This document shows, one piece after another, positions 42,794 to 53,371 of a stretch of DNA of 64,000 nt (within the stretch, counting starts at the first letter, position 1; every line of letters begins with the position of its first letter). The stretch is from Candidatus Anderseniibacteriota bacterium (GTDB lineage Bacteria > Patescibacteriota > Andersenbacteria > UBA10190). The stretch spans positions 64,048 through 128,047 of the forward strand of contig JAIOOW010000003.1 in NCBI GenBank assembly GCA_021414205.1, written 5' to 3'. Position numbers and translations under genes: made by a program. A model generated the notes under the pieces. The model saw nothing but the letters and a program-made list of their open reading frames with translations, was not told the DNA's origin and ran no database searches.

Positions 42794-43381
42794 TTATCCT
42801 TCTTTCTTTATCAATTCAATTATTTTGGGGATTTTTGCAAAATCTGCGTAGAGGATAGGGCGTAGGTTTCCGGAGTACATTGCTGCTGCGGGATGATAGA
42901 GCGGTACGATAATGCGGCCGTTTTTTCTCTTTGGTTGTCCATGTATTTCGGAAATTGAAAATCCTTTGCCAAGCATAAAGTCCATTGAAAATCGCCCGAG
43001 TGTGATTACTATGCTTGGATCGATAATATCCAGCTGGCCCTGCAGCCATGGGCTATATGCTGCAATTTCTGCAGGAAGAGGATCACGATTATCGGGTGGG
43101 CGATGCTTGATAACGTTGGCGATAAAAATGTCTTCTCGCTTTAGGCCGATAGATCCTAATAAGTCATTTAATAGTTTCCCCGATGCTCCTACGAATGGCT
43201 TACCAAGCTCATTTTCTTTTTTCCCAGGCGCTTCTCCAATAATAACGATGTCCGCATCAGGGTTGCCGTCCCCGGGCACCGCTTGGATTGCTGTTTTGTA
43301 TAAGTCGGAAGCCTGCATGACGACGGGCAGCTCTTGCTCGGTTAATACTTTGAGCGCCTCCGCCTTTTCCTCGCGTGTCAT
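42794..43381 (-). CDS. uracil-DNA glycosylase, family 4
   Basis: VIIGEAPGKKENELGKPFVGASGKLL motif. Confidence 0.85.
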   Translation of the reverse strand: MTREEKAEALKVLTEQELPVVMQASDLYKTAIQAVPGDGNPDADIVIIGEAPGKKENELGKPFVGASGKLLNDLLGSIGLKREDIFIANVIKHRPPDNRDPLPAEIAAYSPWLQGQLDIIDPSIVITLGRFSMDFMLGKGFSISEIHGQPKRKNGRIIVPLYHPAAAMYSGNLRPILYADFAKIPKIIELIKKEG

Positions 43382-44241
43382 ACACGATGCTTTTTTAAGA
43401 AATCTAAATCCTGTTGGATAAATTCGTCGTGTTGCGTTTCCAGAATAAAGTTTATATGCGCAGTGTCGGGGTGCTTCATGAATGCAGCGAGCCCTGGTGC
43501 CCCGATTTCTCCCATGCCGATATGTTCATGACGGTCCTTATGAGCGTTTAATTCTGTTTTGGAATCGTTAAAATGTACAAGCTTAAGTTGCTTCTTGCCT
43601 AATACGGTATCAAATTGCTTCATAGTTTCTGTAATAGCTTCTTCAGTGCGGATATCGTAGTTCGATGCAAACATATGGCACGTATCCAGGCACACGTGGA
43701 CATCGTCGCGCCCAATGCCTTCTAGCAATACGGCTAATTCTTCAAATGAATCGCCAAGCACTGCGCCTGCGCCCGCACTGATCTCAAGCAAAAGCTTTGT
43801 GGTCATTTCCTCATCTGTATCAAATATTTGTTTTAAGCCTTCGATTGCGTGCGCAATGGCTTCTTTTGGTACGTCGGACGATTTTTTATCCGTAACAAAG
43901 TCTTTTGCGCTACCCAAATGCGTTACCACATATTTCACTCCAAGCTGTGTGCCTCGCAAAAGCTCCTCGCGTACGGCATTAATCGATCCGTGCCAGATCT
44001 TATTATTTTTTGATGCAAAGTTTATATAGTATGGCGTATGGATGTAACTTTCCATGCCATATTCTTTTGATCGCTTTTTAAATAAGTCCGCTTGTTCATC
44101 CGTAATCACGGGTGCCCCGCCTCCCCTAGGGCTTCGGGAGAAGAATTGGAAGCATTCTGCGCCCATCGCCTTAGCATTCTCGGGTGCATTAGAAAGCCCA
44201 CCCGCCGCAGATACGTGTAAACCGATTTTTTGATTACTCAT
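43378..44241 (-). CDS. nfo: endonuclease IV (apurinic/apyrimidinic endonuclease)
   Basis: GLHVSAAGG N-terminus, TIM-barrel Nfo motifs (HxxYxxN, HDxKxE), 287 aa. Confidence 0.9.
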   Translation of the reverse strand: MSNQKIGLHVSAAGGLSNAPENAKAMGAECFQFFSRSPRGGGAPVITDEQADLFKKRSKEYGMESYIHTPYYINFASKNNKIWHGSINAVREELLRGTQLGVKYVVTHLGSAKDFVTDKKSSDVPKEAIAHAIEGLKQIFDTDEEMTTKLLLEISAGAGAVLGDSFEELAVLLEGIGRDDVHVCLDTCHMFASNYDIRTEEAITETMKQFDTVLGKKQLKLVHFNDSKTELNAHKDRHEHIGMGEIGAPGLAAFMKHPDTAHINFILETQHDEFIQQDLDFLKKHRV

Positions 44242-44253
44242 AAGAGTATTGTA

Positions 44254-45744
44254 CTACCGTGCCAGCGCGTCCGCACGAATTTCGCGAATAACGTTTACTT
44301 TTACGTCTCCTGGGTATGTTAATTCCTGTTCAATTTGCTTTGCGATGTCTTGGGCTAGTTTAATTGCTTGTAAGTCATCAATTTTCTTTGGTTCTACGAA
44401 TACGCGCACTTCGCGCCCTGCGTAAATTGCATAGGCTTTATTGACGCCTTCATAGCTGGTTGCAATTTGTTCCAAGTTTTCCATGCGCTTTACATATTCT
44501 TCTACGTTTTCTTTCCGTGCACCCGGGCGTGCAGCGGAGATTGCATCTGCAACCTGAACGATGATCGCCTCGCGCGTATCGAACGGATAATCTTCGTGAT
44601 GCGCTGCGGCAGCTTTAATGATTGCTTCGCTGATATTGAATTTGCGCATGATCTTCTCCCCGATCTCTACGTGATTGCCTTCTACTTCGTGATCAATTGC
44701 TTTTCCGATGTCATGCAGTAGCGTAGCCTTCTTTGCAATTTCTACATCTGCGCCAAGTTCTTCTGCGAGCATGATAGCAATACGAGCTGCTTCCCAGCTG
44801 TGCTTTAAAATATTTTGTCGGTAGCTGGTTCGATATTTCATTCGGCCTACCAAGTGCACTAACTGCGGAGGAAAATCGAGAATTCCTAAATCAAATAATG
44901 CAGCTTCTCCGGACTCTCGAATGTCGTCGTTAATCTTCTTCTTTGCTTCTTCTACAACCTCTTCAATGCGCCCAGGATGTACGCGCCCGTCTTTCATAAG
45001 CGCCTCAATTGCTCGCTTTGCAACTTGTCTGCGTACAGGGGAAAAGCCAGACACCATGATAGTATTCCCTTCGTCGATAACAATTTCGCATCCGGTAACG
45101 CGCTCAAGGTGCTGAATGTTGCGCCCCTCTTTTCCGATGATTCTTCCAATCATAGACGCATCAGGAACGTCTACGTGCGAGGTGGAATTTTCTGCAACGT
45201 GGCTACTCGCATAGCGCTGAATAACAAGCGATAAAATATTGTGAGCCTTTTCTTCCAACTGATGCTCCCCTTCCTGTTCCATTTTTCGAACACGGCGAAC
45301 AATTTCCTCTTTCGTTCTATCTTCTGCAATTTTTAAAACATTTTGTTCGGCTTGCTGAGAGGTAAGTCCAGATATTTCAACTAATCGTTTCTGTTCCTCA
45401 TCTCGCAATGTTTCATACTGCTGTTTCTCGGACTCTAATTCAGATTTTAAATCTTGAATTTCTTGTTCCTTTTTTTCGATATCGTTTAATTTCAAATCTA
45501 GTTTTGTTTCACGCTCTGATATTCTTTTTTCTAATTCGATAATCTGTTGTTTTCGTTGATCTAATTCTTTTTCTGATTCTTCTTTTAAACTTTGAATTTT
45601 TTCTTTTGCTGATAGCAATTTTTCTTGAATTTTAGAATCAATACGCGTGCTGTTTTTCTTGCCGAGGGCAAGATGGAGGGCGTATCCAATACCAATTCCA
45701 ACTGCAGCAGCCAGCAAGGCTGGTGCCAAGGTCGCTACGTCCAT
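44254..45744 (-). CDS. rny: ribonuclease Y
   Basis: N-terminal TM, coiled-coil, KH domain (GRIIGKEGRNIQ) and HD domain (HDIGK). Confidence 0.9.
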   Translation of the reverse strand: MDVATLAPALLAAAVGIGIGYALHLALGKKNSTRIDSKIQEKLLSAKEKIQSLKEESEKELDQRKQQIIELEKRISERETKLDLKLNDIEKKEQEIQDLKSELESEKQQYETLRDEEQKRLVEISGLTSQQAEQNVLKIAEDRTKEEIVRRVRKMEQEGEHQLEEKAHNILSLVIQRYASSHVAENSTSHVDVPDASMIGRIIGKEGRNIQHLERVTGCEIVIDEGNTIMVSGFSPVRRQVAKRAIEALMKDGRVHPGRIEEVVEEAKKKINDDIRESGEAALFDLGILDFPPQLVHLVGRMKYRTSYRQNILKHSWEAARIAIMLAEELGADVEIAKKATLLHDIGKAIDHEVEGNHVEIGEKIMRKFNISEAIIKAAAAHHEDYPFDTREAIIVQVADAISAARPGARKENVEEYVKRMENLEQIATSYEGVNKAYAIYAGREVRVFVEPKKIDDLQAIKLAQDIAKQIEQELTYPGDVKVNVIREIRADALAR

Positions 45745-45786
45745 AGATTGTAAAGTGAATAGTAAGCTGTAAGAGGGGATGCCCGT

Positions 45787-46371
45787 TTACGCCTTGGTGA
45801 TAATCTTGTCGATAAGGCCGTATTCTTTGGCTTCCTCTGAGGACATATAGTAGTCTCTGTCCGTATCTTTTTCCACTTTTTTGAAATCCTGTCCGGTATG
45901 GTGAGCTAGTACATGATTAAGCTTGTCTTTTGTCTTGAGAATGTGACGAGCAGTAATTTCAATGTCAGATGCTTGCCCCTCAGCTCCGCCTAGGACTTGG
46001 TGAATCATCACTTCTGCATTCGGAAGCGCAAAACGCTTGCCAGGAGCTCCTGCAGCAAGTAATACTGCACCCATACTAGCCGCAATACCCATGCAAATGG
46101 TTGAAACATCTGGTTGAATAAACTGCATCGTATCGTACATCGCCATACCAGCTGTAACTTGGCCCCCTGGAGAGTTGATATACAACTTGATATCTTTCTT
46201 CGGATCTTCGTGTTCTAAGAAGATGAGCTGAGCAATAACCAGGTTTGCAACATCTTCATCGATTGCGCCAGCAAGAAAAATAATGCGTTCTTTTAATAAC
46301 CGCGAATAAATATCAAAAGCCCTCTCTCCGAATTGTGATTTTTCGAGAACTGTTGGAACTAAATAGCTCAT
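45787..46371 (-). CDS. clpP: ATP-dependent Clp protease proteolytic subunit
   Basis: [12 protein letters not shown], active-site [11 protein letters not shown] and catalytic His in MIHQ. Start set at MSYLVPTV. Confidence 0.9.
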   Translation of the reverse strand: MSYLVPTVLEKSQFGERAFDIYSRLLKERIIFLAGAIDEDVANLVIAQLIFLEHEDPKKDIKLYINSPGGQVTAGMAMYDTMQFIQPDVSTICMGIAASMGAVLLAAGAPGKRFALPNAEVMIHQVLGGAEGQASDIEITARHILKTKDKLNHVLAHHTGQDFKKVEKDTDRDYYMSSEEAKEYGLIDKIITKA

Positions 46372-46429
46372 AAAATAGGTAATAAGATATAAATGCAAAT
46401 ACTTCTACTTGCAAGTATACCCTAAGAAA

Positions 46430-47716
46430 CTATTTTCCTGCGAGGGATCCTAAGAGCTCCAGTGTCTTTTTATTTTTAAGTACGCTTTCTACGTAATCTT
46501 GCAGTTCATGCGGGTCAACTTCGTCGTGTGCGTGCTCTGCTGATGCAAAGTGGGCGAGTTGTTTGTTTGCTTCCTCGGTGATTTCTTCTTGTGTAAGGGT
46601 AACATCATGTTTCTTTGCAAACTCGCGAAGCGCCAAGCCAATCTTTACATGTTTTTCAGCAGATTCTTTCATGGAATCGCGCATTTTTTGGAGAGAAGAT
46701 TCGTGTTCGAGCATATATTCTTCCAGAGTTTTTTGCTGATATGCAAGCATGCGGGCAAACTCTTCCATGCGTCGATCGATTTCATGTTCAATGAGTGATT
46801 GCGGAATGATTCCGAACGTAGATTTTTCAGACAACTGCTCTGCAAGTTCTCCTAGGTATCGTTCCAATTCTTTGGCGGTGTCTTCTTCAAGAATATTTTT
46901 CTTGAGCTGGTCTTTTAATTCCTGAAGTGTTTTAAATGATCCAACGCTTTCTGCGAATACATCGTCAAGCTGAGGAATAACTCTTTCTTGAACAGTGTGT
47001 ACGTGGGCATGCACTTCCGCTTTTTTGCCGGCAATTTCTTTCTTACTGTAATCTTTGGGGAATGTAACGGTGAACGTTTTATCTTCTCCGGCACTTGCTC
47101 CGAGCAATGCTTCTTCGAATCCAGGAATGAATCGTCCTTCGCCAAGCGTAATCGGATGATTCTTGCTTTCTCCGCCTTCAATAACGCTTCCGTCGATCAT
47201 TACTTTGAAGTCGATTGTTACAAGATCTTCTTTTTTAGCAGCACGTTGCACATCTTGAAGCGTACTTCGCATGCGAGCAATGCGCTTAAGTTCTTGCTCA
47301 ACTTGATCATCGGTAACGGTTATTTCTTTTTTCTTTGCTTTGAGTGTCGATGGTTCTGCAAGTTTAATTGCAGGAATAACTTCAACGACAGCAGTGAAGT
47401 GTAGCGGTTCATCGAATCCGATTTTGTGAACAGAGATTGCAGGGCGATTTACTGCCTGGACATCTTTTTCAACTGCAGCGTGTGCAAAGAAATAGGGCAG
47501 CGCATCGTTCATTGCATCTTGAAGAATATGATCTCTGCCAATTTGTTCCAGCGCCATTTCTTTTGGAGCCTTTCCGGGTCGAAATCCTTTAATATGTACG
47601 TCTTTAGATAATGTTGCGATTGTTCTGTCGATAAACGGCTTAAAGTCTGTCGCAGAAACAATAACGTCCATTTCGATTTCCGCAGTGTCTTTGCGGGGAG
47701 TAATAGTGATTTCCAT
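46430..47716 (-). CDS. tig: trigger factor
   Basis: 428 aa with N-terminal ribosome-binding domain, FKBP PPIase core (GFRPGKAP) and C-terminal domain. Confidence 0.85.
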   Translation of the reverse strand: MEITITPRKDTAEIEMDVIVSATDFKPFIDRTIATLSKDVHIKGFRPGKAPKEMALEQIGRDHILQDAMNDALPYFFAHAAVEKDVQAVNRPAISVHKIGFDEPLHFTAVVEVIPAIKLAEPSTLKAKKKEITVTDDQVEQELKRIARMRSTLQDVQRAAKKEDLVTIDFKVMIDGSVIEGGESKNHPITLGEGRFIPGFEEALLGASAGEDKTFTVTFPKDYSKKEIAGKKAEVHAHVHTVQERVIPQLDDVFAESVGSFKTLQELKDQLKKNILEEDTAKELERYLGELAEQLSEKSTFGIIPQSLIEHEIDRRMEEFARMLAYQQKTLEEYMLEHESSLQKMRDSMKESAEKHVKIGLALREFAKKHDVTLTQEEITEEANKQLAHFASAEHAHDEVDPHELQDYVESVLKNKKTLELLGSLAGK

Positions 47717-47718
47717 AA

Positions 47719-48954
47719 TTATGCTTGTGGTTCAGATTCTGTTGATTCTTCTGTCGCTGGCGCTTCAACCGCTGCTTCTATCGGAGCTGCCTCAGTTTCT
47801 GCTGTTGGTTCTTCACCCGCTTTCACAATGTCGATTCTCCAACCAGTCAACTTTGCCGCAAGGCGAACGTTCTGTCCGCGTTTTCCGATTGCAAGGCTGA
47901 GCTGATCTTCTTCAACGTGTGCGATTGCTCGCTTTTCTTCCTCAAAAATATCAACTGCAATAATGCGAGCAGGGGATAATGCGAATCCGATGAATCGAGC
48001 AATGTCGTCATCCCATTGAATAACGTCGATCTTTTCTCCGGATAGTTCAGCAATAATTGTTTGGATGCGAGTACCTCGCTGTCCGATACATGCTCCGACT
48101 GGGTCTACGCCCTCTTCTGTTGCAAGAACGGCAACCTTGGATCGCTCCCCGGCTTCGCGAGCAATTGCTTTGATTTCAACAGTGCCTGCGAATACTTCCG
48201 GAACCTCCATTTCAAATAACCTTCGCAACATTCCTGGGTGGCTTCGAGATAGTAAGATCTCTGGCCCTCGGCTCGTAAGCGCAACCTTAACTACGTATAC
48301 GCGAATACGCTGATTTACTCGGTAGCGTTCCCCGCGAACTTGTTCGCTTGGAAAGAGCACGCCTGTTGTGCGTCCAATATCGATAAATACCGTTTCGCCC
48401 TCAATGCGCTGAACGATTCCAGAGATGATCTCGCCTTCTTTGTCTTGGAATTCGTCGAACGTAGCTTCTCGCTCAGCTTCGCGAATGCGTTGAATAATAA
48501 CTTGCTTTGCGGTTTGTGCAGCAACTCGTCCGTAGTGCGGGTCTTGCGGAGTTACCTCTTCTACATACTCTTTCCCGATCTCTGCTGCCTTGTCCGTTTC
48601 TTTTGCTTGCTCGAGTGTTAACTGCGCAGCAGGATTTTCGACGCCCTCAGCGCCTTCTGCTAATTCCATGACCGTCATTACCTTAAAGATACGAGCAGTA
48701 CCATCCTCTTCGTTGAATTCAGCTCGAATATCCTGTCCGCGTTCCCCGAAGTCTTTTCGGTATGCTGCGGCAAGGGCTTGTTCGATAGTATCTAGTACCT
48801 TTTCTTTGCTAATTCCTTTTTCTGCAACGATTTGGTCGATTGCTAGGCTGAAGGATGGTGTATCACTGCTCATAATAAGTTGTATAGTATTAAGTTTTAA
48901 TAACGAGAATTCCGCGGGGCTCACCGCGGAATCTGATGTATTTATGTATATCAC
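47719..48954 (-). CDS. nusA: transcription termination/antitermination factor NusA
   Basis: S1 domain plus tandem KH domains ([27 protein letters not shown]). Confidence 0.9.
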   Translation of the reverse strand: MIYINTSDSAVSPAEFSLLKLNTIQLIMSSDTPSFSLAIDQIVAEKGISKEKVLDTIEQALAAAYRKDFGERGQDIRAEFNEEDGTARIFKVMTVMELAEGAEGVENPAAQLTLEQAKETDKAAEIGKEYVEEVTPQDPHYGRVAAQTAKQVIIQRIREAEREATFDEFQDKEGEIISGIVQRIEGETVFIDIGRTTGVLFPSEQVRGERYRVNQRIRVYVVKVALTSRGPEILLSRSHPGMLRRLFEMEVPEVFAGTVEIKAIAREAGERSKVAVLATEEGVDPVGACIGQRGTRIQTIIAELSGEKIDVIQWDDDIARFIGFALSPARIIAVDIFEEEKRAIAHVEEDQLSLAIGKRGQNVRLAAKLTGWRIDIVKAGEEPTAETEAAPIEAAVEAPATEESTESEPQA

Positions 48955-49322
48955 TAGATGCTCATCGTGTCAAAAGCGTCCTGTATGTGGGTTATCTCAG
49001 GGTCTTTGTAAGGAATAAACTCGATAGATACAACATCAAAGCGCGCGTCGCCCCAATAATTCTCTTTTACCTGATACATGCGAGCTGTTTTAATCAGCTT
49101 TTGTTGTTTTTGCCAGAACACCGTTTCAAGGCCCTGTCCGAATGTTGTTGATGCGCGAGCGCGCACTTCTACAAACACTCGCGTCTGCTTATCATTAAAT
49201 ATCAAATCAATTTCCCCAGTCTTCCAACTCCAATTGGAAGTTATAAATGTATAGCCAAGCTTGATCAGGTATTCTTTAGCAACTCGCTCGCCCTCAGCTC
49301 CTATTTGTTGCGTACTCCCCAT
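48954..49322 (-). CDS. YraN/UPF0102 family endonuclease
   Basis: GAEGERVAKEYL...GEIDLIF...VFVEVRAR pattern. Confidence 0.7.
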   Translation of the reverse strand: MGSTQQIGAEGERVAKEYLIKLGYTFITSNWSWKTGEIDLIFNDKQTRVFVEVRARASTTFGQGLETVFWQKQQKLIKTARMYQVKENYWGDARFDVVSIEFIPYKDPEITHIQDAFDTMSI

Positions 49323-50181
49323 ATTTCAACAACACATTTGATCCGCTCGATTCAAATAATCGAATTAATCGTTGCTCGTCTAAACTATTGAGTTCGGAAA
49401 AAATAGTAGTGTGCGGCAAGATACTTAAAACTTCAGCATCGCTCATTGATCGAATATCCAAACCGGTAACGCATGAATCGGGCGATGATCGCATTCCCGC
49501 CGCATGTGCTACTGCTATGCATGTATACAGATTGTCACTCGAAAATATTTTAACTGATGAAATATTTTTCTGTGCAATTTCTTGATGAATAGAATCAATG
49601 CCTTCGCGCATGTGTAACGGAATACTGAATGCACCGAGCCACTGAAATTGGTTCATAGAATTTTTATGAATTGCTGATTCGTATTGTTCTCGACGAGCTA
49701 TCGCAATAACCTTATTTCTTTTTCTCATGATGCTCTCAAGATTTTTTTGTAGTGCAAATTTTTCCGCACTTGGCATATAGGTGACATGCAATACATCGGC
49801 AGGGCTGCCGGAGATAAGTAAAATATTTTCACCTTGCGTGCGGTGTGTTACTAATTGAGCTTCTAAAGAAGTGTTGTGAATATGTTGCAGCGCATCTAAA
49901 AATTTCCAGTATCTCAAAATAGATTCGTGATCTTTATGTTTTTCTTTTTTATCTTTATGCATATGAGCAAGCGCGACGAGCGACAATTCTTCCTGTTCAT
50001 TTTTAGGATCTTCTGCGAGGTCGTACGTTGTACCATCTGCGTATATAATATTTTGAATCCGCAAGTCTGGTTGCGTATAGATGTCCGTATAGTCTGTGCA
50101 CAATATAGTTGTATCACTCACGACATTAGTATACACGAGAGAGTATGATCGTGCATGATGCAAGCCAAGCAAGTGCTCCAA
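49294..50181 (-). CDS. hypothetical protein
   Basis: 295-aa ORF with no confident domain; faint resemblance to a nucleotide-binding or hydrolase fold. Confidence 0.4.
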   Translation of the reverse strand: MEHLLGLHHARSYSLVYTNVVSDTTILCTDYTDIYTQPDLRIQNIIYADGTTYDLAEDPKNEQEELSLVALAHMHKDKKEKHKDHESILRYWKFLDALQHIHNTSLEAQLVTHRTQGENILLISGSPADVLHVTYMPSAEKFALQKNLESIMRKRNKVIAIARREQYESAIHKNSMNQFQWLGAFSIPLHMREGIDSIHQEIAQKNISSVKIFSSDNLYTCIAVAHAAGMRSSPDSCVTGLDIRSMSDAEVLSILPHTTIFSELNSLDEQRLIRLFESSGSNVLLKYGEYATNRS

Positions 50182-51286
50182 TTTGAGTTACAAAATAATG
50201 ATCAAAAAATAATGCGGGCAGTATAGTGAACAATATCCATGCATTATGTTTGTAGATAAAATATATGATTGTCAGAAAGATTATCGCAGCTAAAAATATC
50301 CCGAACTCCATGACCAGAAAAATAGGAACAGAATGTACTGGAGCAATATCCCACGCAAAATGCGGTATCGAATTTGATTCCAGTTGGGCACTGAGCGCCT
50401 TCTCGTAATTTCCCAATCCCAATCCCCGAATCAGCGTTCTTGGTGTAGCCATATCTTTTGCCCAGATTAATCCTTCTAATCGATCATGGGCCGCAACGTC
50501 GCGAGAGTCAGTAGATCGTCCTACTAAGAGTGGTGAAAAAAGAGCAATCAAGATGAGCATACTTAGAATGATTATTCTTTTCTTTTCTCTAAGGGCTATA
50601 TATATGCCGATAAGAATTGCAGATAGGATTGCCGTTCTGGAAAAAGTCGCGAGCAGCCCAATGTAAAGCGATGCAAATAGCGAATAGGTGAATAGTTTTG
50701 TTTTTATCGTAACCCTGGTTAGCAGTAGTATTGCTACCGCTAGTACGCCGCCCAAGATATTGGCATGAGCGAAAGGACCGTATGATCTTATAAACTTTTG
50801 ATCGTGGATATAAAACGATGCAACACCCGAGGTATTTATATTCAGTACAGATTCGCCAATTTTTATAAGTCCCAGATCGTGTTGCAGTATGAATTGTGCA
50901 GCTCCCCATTGTGCATACAGCGATGTGCAGGCTATGTATGTAAGCGCGATATATATAGCTTGTTTTTTTGCACTACTACTAATTGTCGCCGTGATCAGGA
51001 GCAGAGTTAAAAACGAATATACTAATGCGACGGATGAAATTCTATGAAGCCCAATCAATGCGCTTAGAGTAATAAGACTCGTAGATCCTAGAAAAAAATA
51101 CACATATTTTTGCTGAACACGTTTATAGTTCAGTCCAAAAAATATAATCAGAGCACCAAAAATAATTACCAACCAGCTCCACGTGCTACGGGTAAGGCTT
51201 GAATCGTCAATTGAAGCGCGTACAAGAGGTAGTACTGACAGGATGACTACAAGAATGCTGTTGGTGATAGACGCTCGCTTGGTCAT
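50126..51286 (-). CDS. O-antigen ligase (Wzy/WaaL/RfaL-like) family polytopic membrane protein
   Basis: At least 10 TM segments with an ATFSRTAILSAILIGIYIAL core. Confidence 0.6.
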   Translation of the reverse strand: MTKRASITNSILVVILSVLPLVRASIDDSSLTRSTWSWLVIIFGALIIFFGLNYKRVQQKYVYFFLGSTSLITLSALIGLHRISSVALVYSFLTLLLITATISSSAKKQAIYIALTYIACTSLYAQWGAAQFILQHDLGLIKIGESVLNINTSGVASFYIHDQKFIRSYGPFAHANILGGVLAVAILLLTRVTIKTKLFTYSLFASLYIGLLATFSRTAILSAILIGIYIALREKKRIIILSMLILIALFSPLLVGRSTDSRDVAAHDRLEGLIWAKDMATPRTLIRGLGLGNYEKALSAQLESNSIPHFAWDIAPVHSVPIFLVMEFGIFLAAIIFLTIIYFIYKHNAWILFTILPALFFDHYFVTQIGALAWLASCTIILSRVY

Positions 51287-51315
51287 GATCGTATCGTATC
51301 ATGACTGCCTGAACA

Positions 51316-52503
51316 CTATTTCTTTTTTTCTTTTTTGGATTTTTTTGGCGCTGGGAGCTCTTCTTCTTTGAGGCTCAACCCAAGGCGATGCTCTTTTGGT
51401 TCAAGAGAAATAATAGTGAATTCCATCGTGTCTCCAACATGCAGATGCGCGGTAGGATCTTTTTGAATATCCAAAGGCAATTCAGATACGTGTACGAGGC
51501 CGTGAATATCTTTATCTAGCTGCACAAATCCTCCGAATGGCGTAACTTTTAGGATTTTCCCTTTTACCTTGTCATTCACATTGTATTTTTCAGCAGCTTT
51601 AAGCCAAGGGTCTTGCTGGAGTTGCTTGATTGAAAGAGATATGCGGAGTCCATTGTCGATTCCGATTACCTTTGCGTGTACTTTTTCTCCAACGCTCAAG
51701 ATATCCGCCGGATTATCAATTCTCTGCCATGCGATTTCAGAAATATGTACGAGACCTTCAAGCTCCTGACCTTTTTCTTCAAACTTTACGAATGCTCCGA
51801 AGTCAACGATACCGCTTACAACACCTTCTACTGTTTTTCCCTGTCCTAGATTATCTAGAGTAGTGCTCATTTCGTCGCTTACTGCAGCTTTTTCTGAAAC
51901 GATAAGCTTCTCATTTTCTTGGTCAATCGTAATGGCTTTAATCTTGAACATTTGTCCGACGTAGCTTTGGAGACGTTCCTGGATCTTTGACTTATCCCCA
52001 CCTTCAACTCGTGGATAGTGATCTGGTGCAAGCTGTGAGACAGGTAAAAAGCCGGTAACGCCGTTCACTCGTACAATAAGGCCACCCTTATTTGCATCAA
52101 TAATCTCGCTTTCGAAAGCAACGTCATCGTCAAGTTTTCGTCGGAGCTCTTCCCAGCTGCGTTCTCGAGTAGCTGTTCTAAGAGATAATTCAATATATCC
52201 TTCTTCGTTATCGAGTGCCTGAATAGTAGCTTGGACAGTATCTCCGATTTTTGAACGCTTGAATGTATCGATATCATCGAACAATTCTTTGCCATATATA
52301 ACTCCTACTCCGAATCTTCCAATATCAACGTAGAGCGCATTGCTTGTTTTCTCTAGAATTGATCCGGTAAGAACCTCTCCTACTACGGGTACATGAGCCA
52401 AGTCGTCGTGTTTCCCTAGTAATTCTTCCATGTTGATTTGCTTCGTTCCAGGTGTTGCGGTTTTCATGCCCCGTATCATGACATATGCAATATAAATGGT
52501 CAA
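51316..52503 (-). CDS. rpsA: 30S ribosomal protein S1 (four S1 domains, K-rich tail)
   Basis: Repeated S1 OB-fold motifs (GxV...G.FV...GLVH.SE). Start is probably an internal Met. Confidence 0.8.
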   Translation of the reverse strand: MTIYIAYVMIRGMKTATPGTKQINMEELLGKHDDLAHVPVVGEVLTGSILEKTSNALYVDIGRFGVGVIYGKELFDDIDTFKRSKIGDTVQATIQALDNEEGYIELSLRTATRERSWEELRRKLDDDVAFESEIIDANKGGLIVRVNGVTGFLPVSQLAPDHYPRVEGGDKSKIQERLQSYVGQMFKIKAITIDQENEKLIVSEKAAVSDEMSTTLDNLGQGKTVEGVVSGIVDFGAFVKFEEKGQELEGLVHISEIAWQRIDNPADILSVGEKVHAKVIGIDNGLRISLSIKQLQQDPWLKAAEKYNVNDKVKGKILKVTPFGGFVQLDKDIHGLVHVSELPLDIQKDPTAHLHVGDTMEFTIISLEPKEHRLGLSLKEEELPAPKKSKKEKKK

Positions 52504-52561
52504 TAAGAGTTTTTAGATTGCTTGCCAGCCCTTCAAAATCCAAGTATTCTTTATTCCATCT

Positions 52562-53191
52562 ATGCAGATCTCATGGCACGGCCAATACACAGTTAAAGTC
52601 GTTACAAAAGAGGTTACTCTTATTCTTGATCCGTATTCTCCGGCAGTTGGATTGCCTCCTTTTCGTGCAAAAGGCGACATTGTTTCCCTTACAAATCCAG
52701 CAGACGAAACTATGAGCCAGATTAGTGGCGTTCAAGGAGAACCGCTTGTTATTAGTACTCCTGGGGAATATTCCGTCAAAGGGCTTACGCTACACTCTCT
52801 TGGCTGGGCGCCAGAAGGCGGAGTTGAGCGGAACGTACAGAGATGGGTTATAGAGGATATGGTTGTGTTGCATATAGGGGCGTTGAACCGGGAATTTGAG
52901 GAAAAAGAGCTTCAGGAGCTAGAGCGAACCGATGTAGACGTATTGCTTATCCCTATTGGAGGAGGTTCCGGTCTCAATACAAAGCAGGCTCTTAAGATGG
53001 TAGCAACGCTAGAGCCGCGAGTGGTTATCCCTATTCACTACAAGCTCCCTGGTCTTAAGGAAGAATTGGAGGACGTAAAGACATTTGCTACGGAAATGGG
53101 CGCAGACGCTGCTGTGGCGGAAAAGAAAATTATATTAAAGAAGGGCAAGCTTCCTCAAGATGATGTTTTAACTGCTATTCTTGTCCCCTAG
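52562..53191 (+). CDS. MBL-fold metal-dependent hydrolase (UPF0173-like)
   Basis: ILDPYSP...DVLLIPIGGG...VVIPIHYK. Confidence 0.7.
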   Translation: MQISWHGQYTVKVVTKEVTLILDPYSPAVGLPPFRAKGDIVSLTNPADETMSQISGVQGEPLVISTPGEYSVKGLTLHSLGWAPEGGVERNVQRWVIEDMVVLHIGALNREFEEKELQELERTDVDVLLIPIGGGSGLNTKQALKMVATLEPRVVIPIHYKLPGLKEELEDVKTFATEMGADAAVAEKKIILKKGKLPQDDVLTAILVP

Positions 53192-53197
53192 TGTTGT

Positions 53198-53359
53198 ATG
53201 AAGAATTTTATTGAAAAAAAGATACGAGACATCCAGCAGCAACCGGACAATGTACGCGCTCGGACTGTCCTTATATTTACCGTTTGCGCTACTATTGTAG
53301 TAGTGTTGATGTGGGTAGCGTTATTATTACCAGCACAGCTCCGCATAGCAGTTCACTAA
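53198..53359 (+). CDS. candidate small single-TM protein (53 aa) upstream of gyrA
   Basis: ATG 6 nt after the preceding stop. MKNFIEKKIRDIQQQPDNVRARTVLIFTVCATIVVVLMWVALLLPAQLRIAVH. Not in the ORF track because it is under 60 aa. Confidence 0.3.
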   Translation: MKNFIEKKIRDIQQQPDNVRARTVLIFTVCATIVVVLMWVALLLPAQLRIAVH

Positions 53360-53371
53360 TTGTAGACACGT

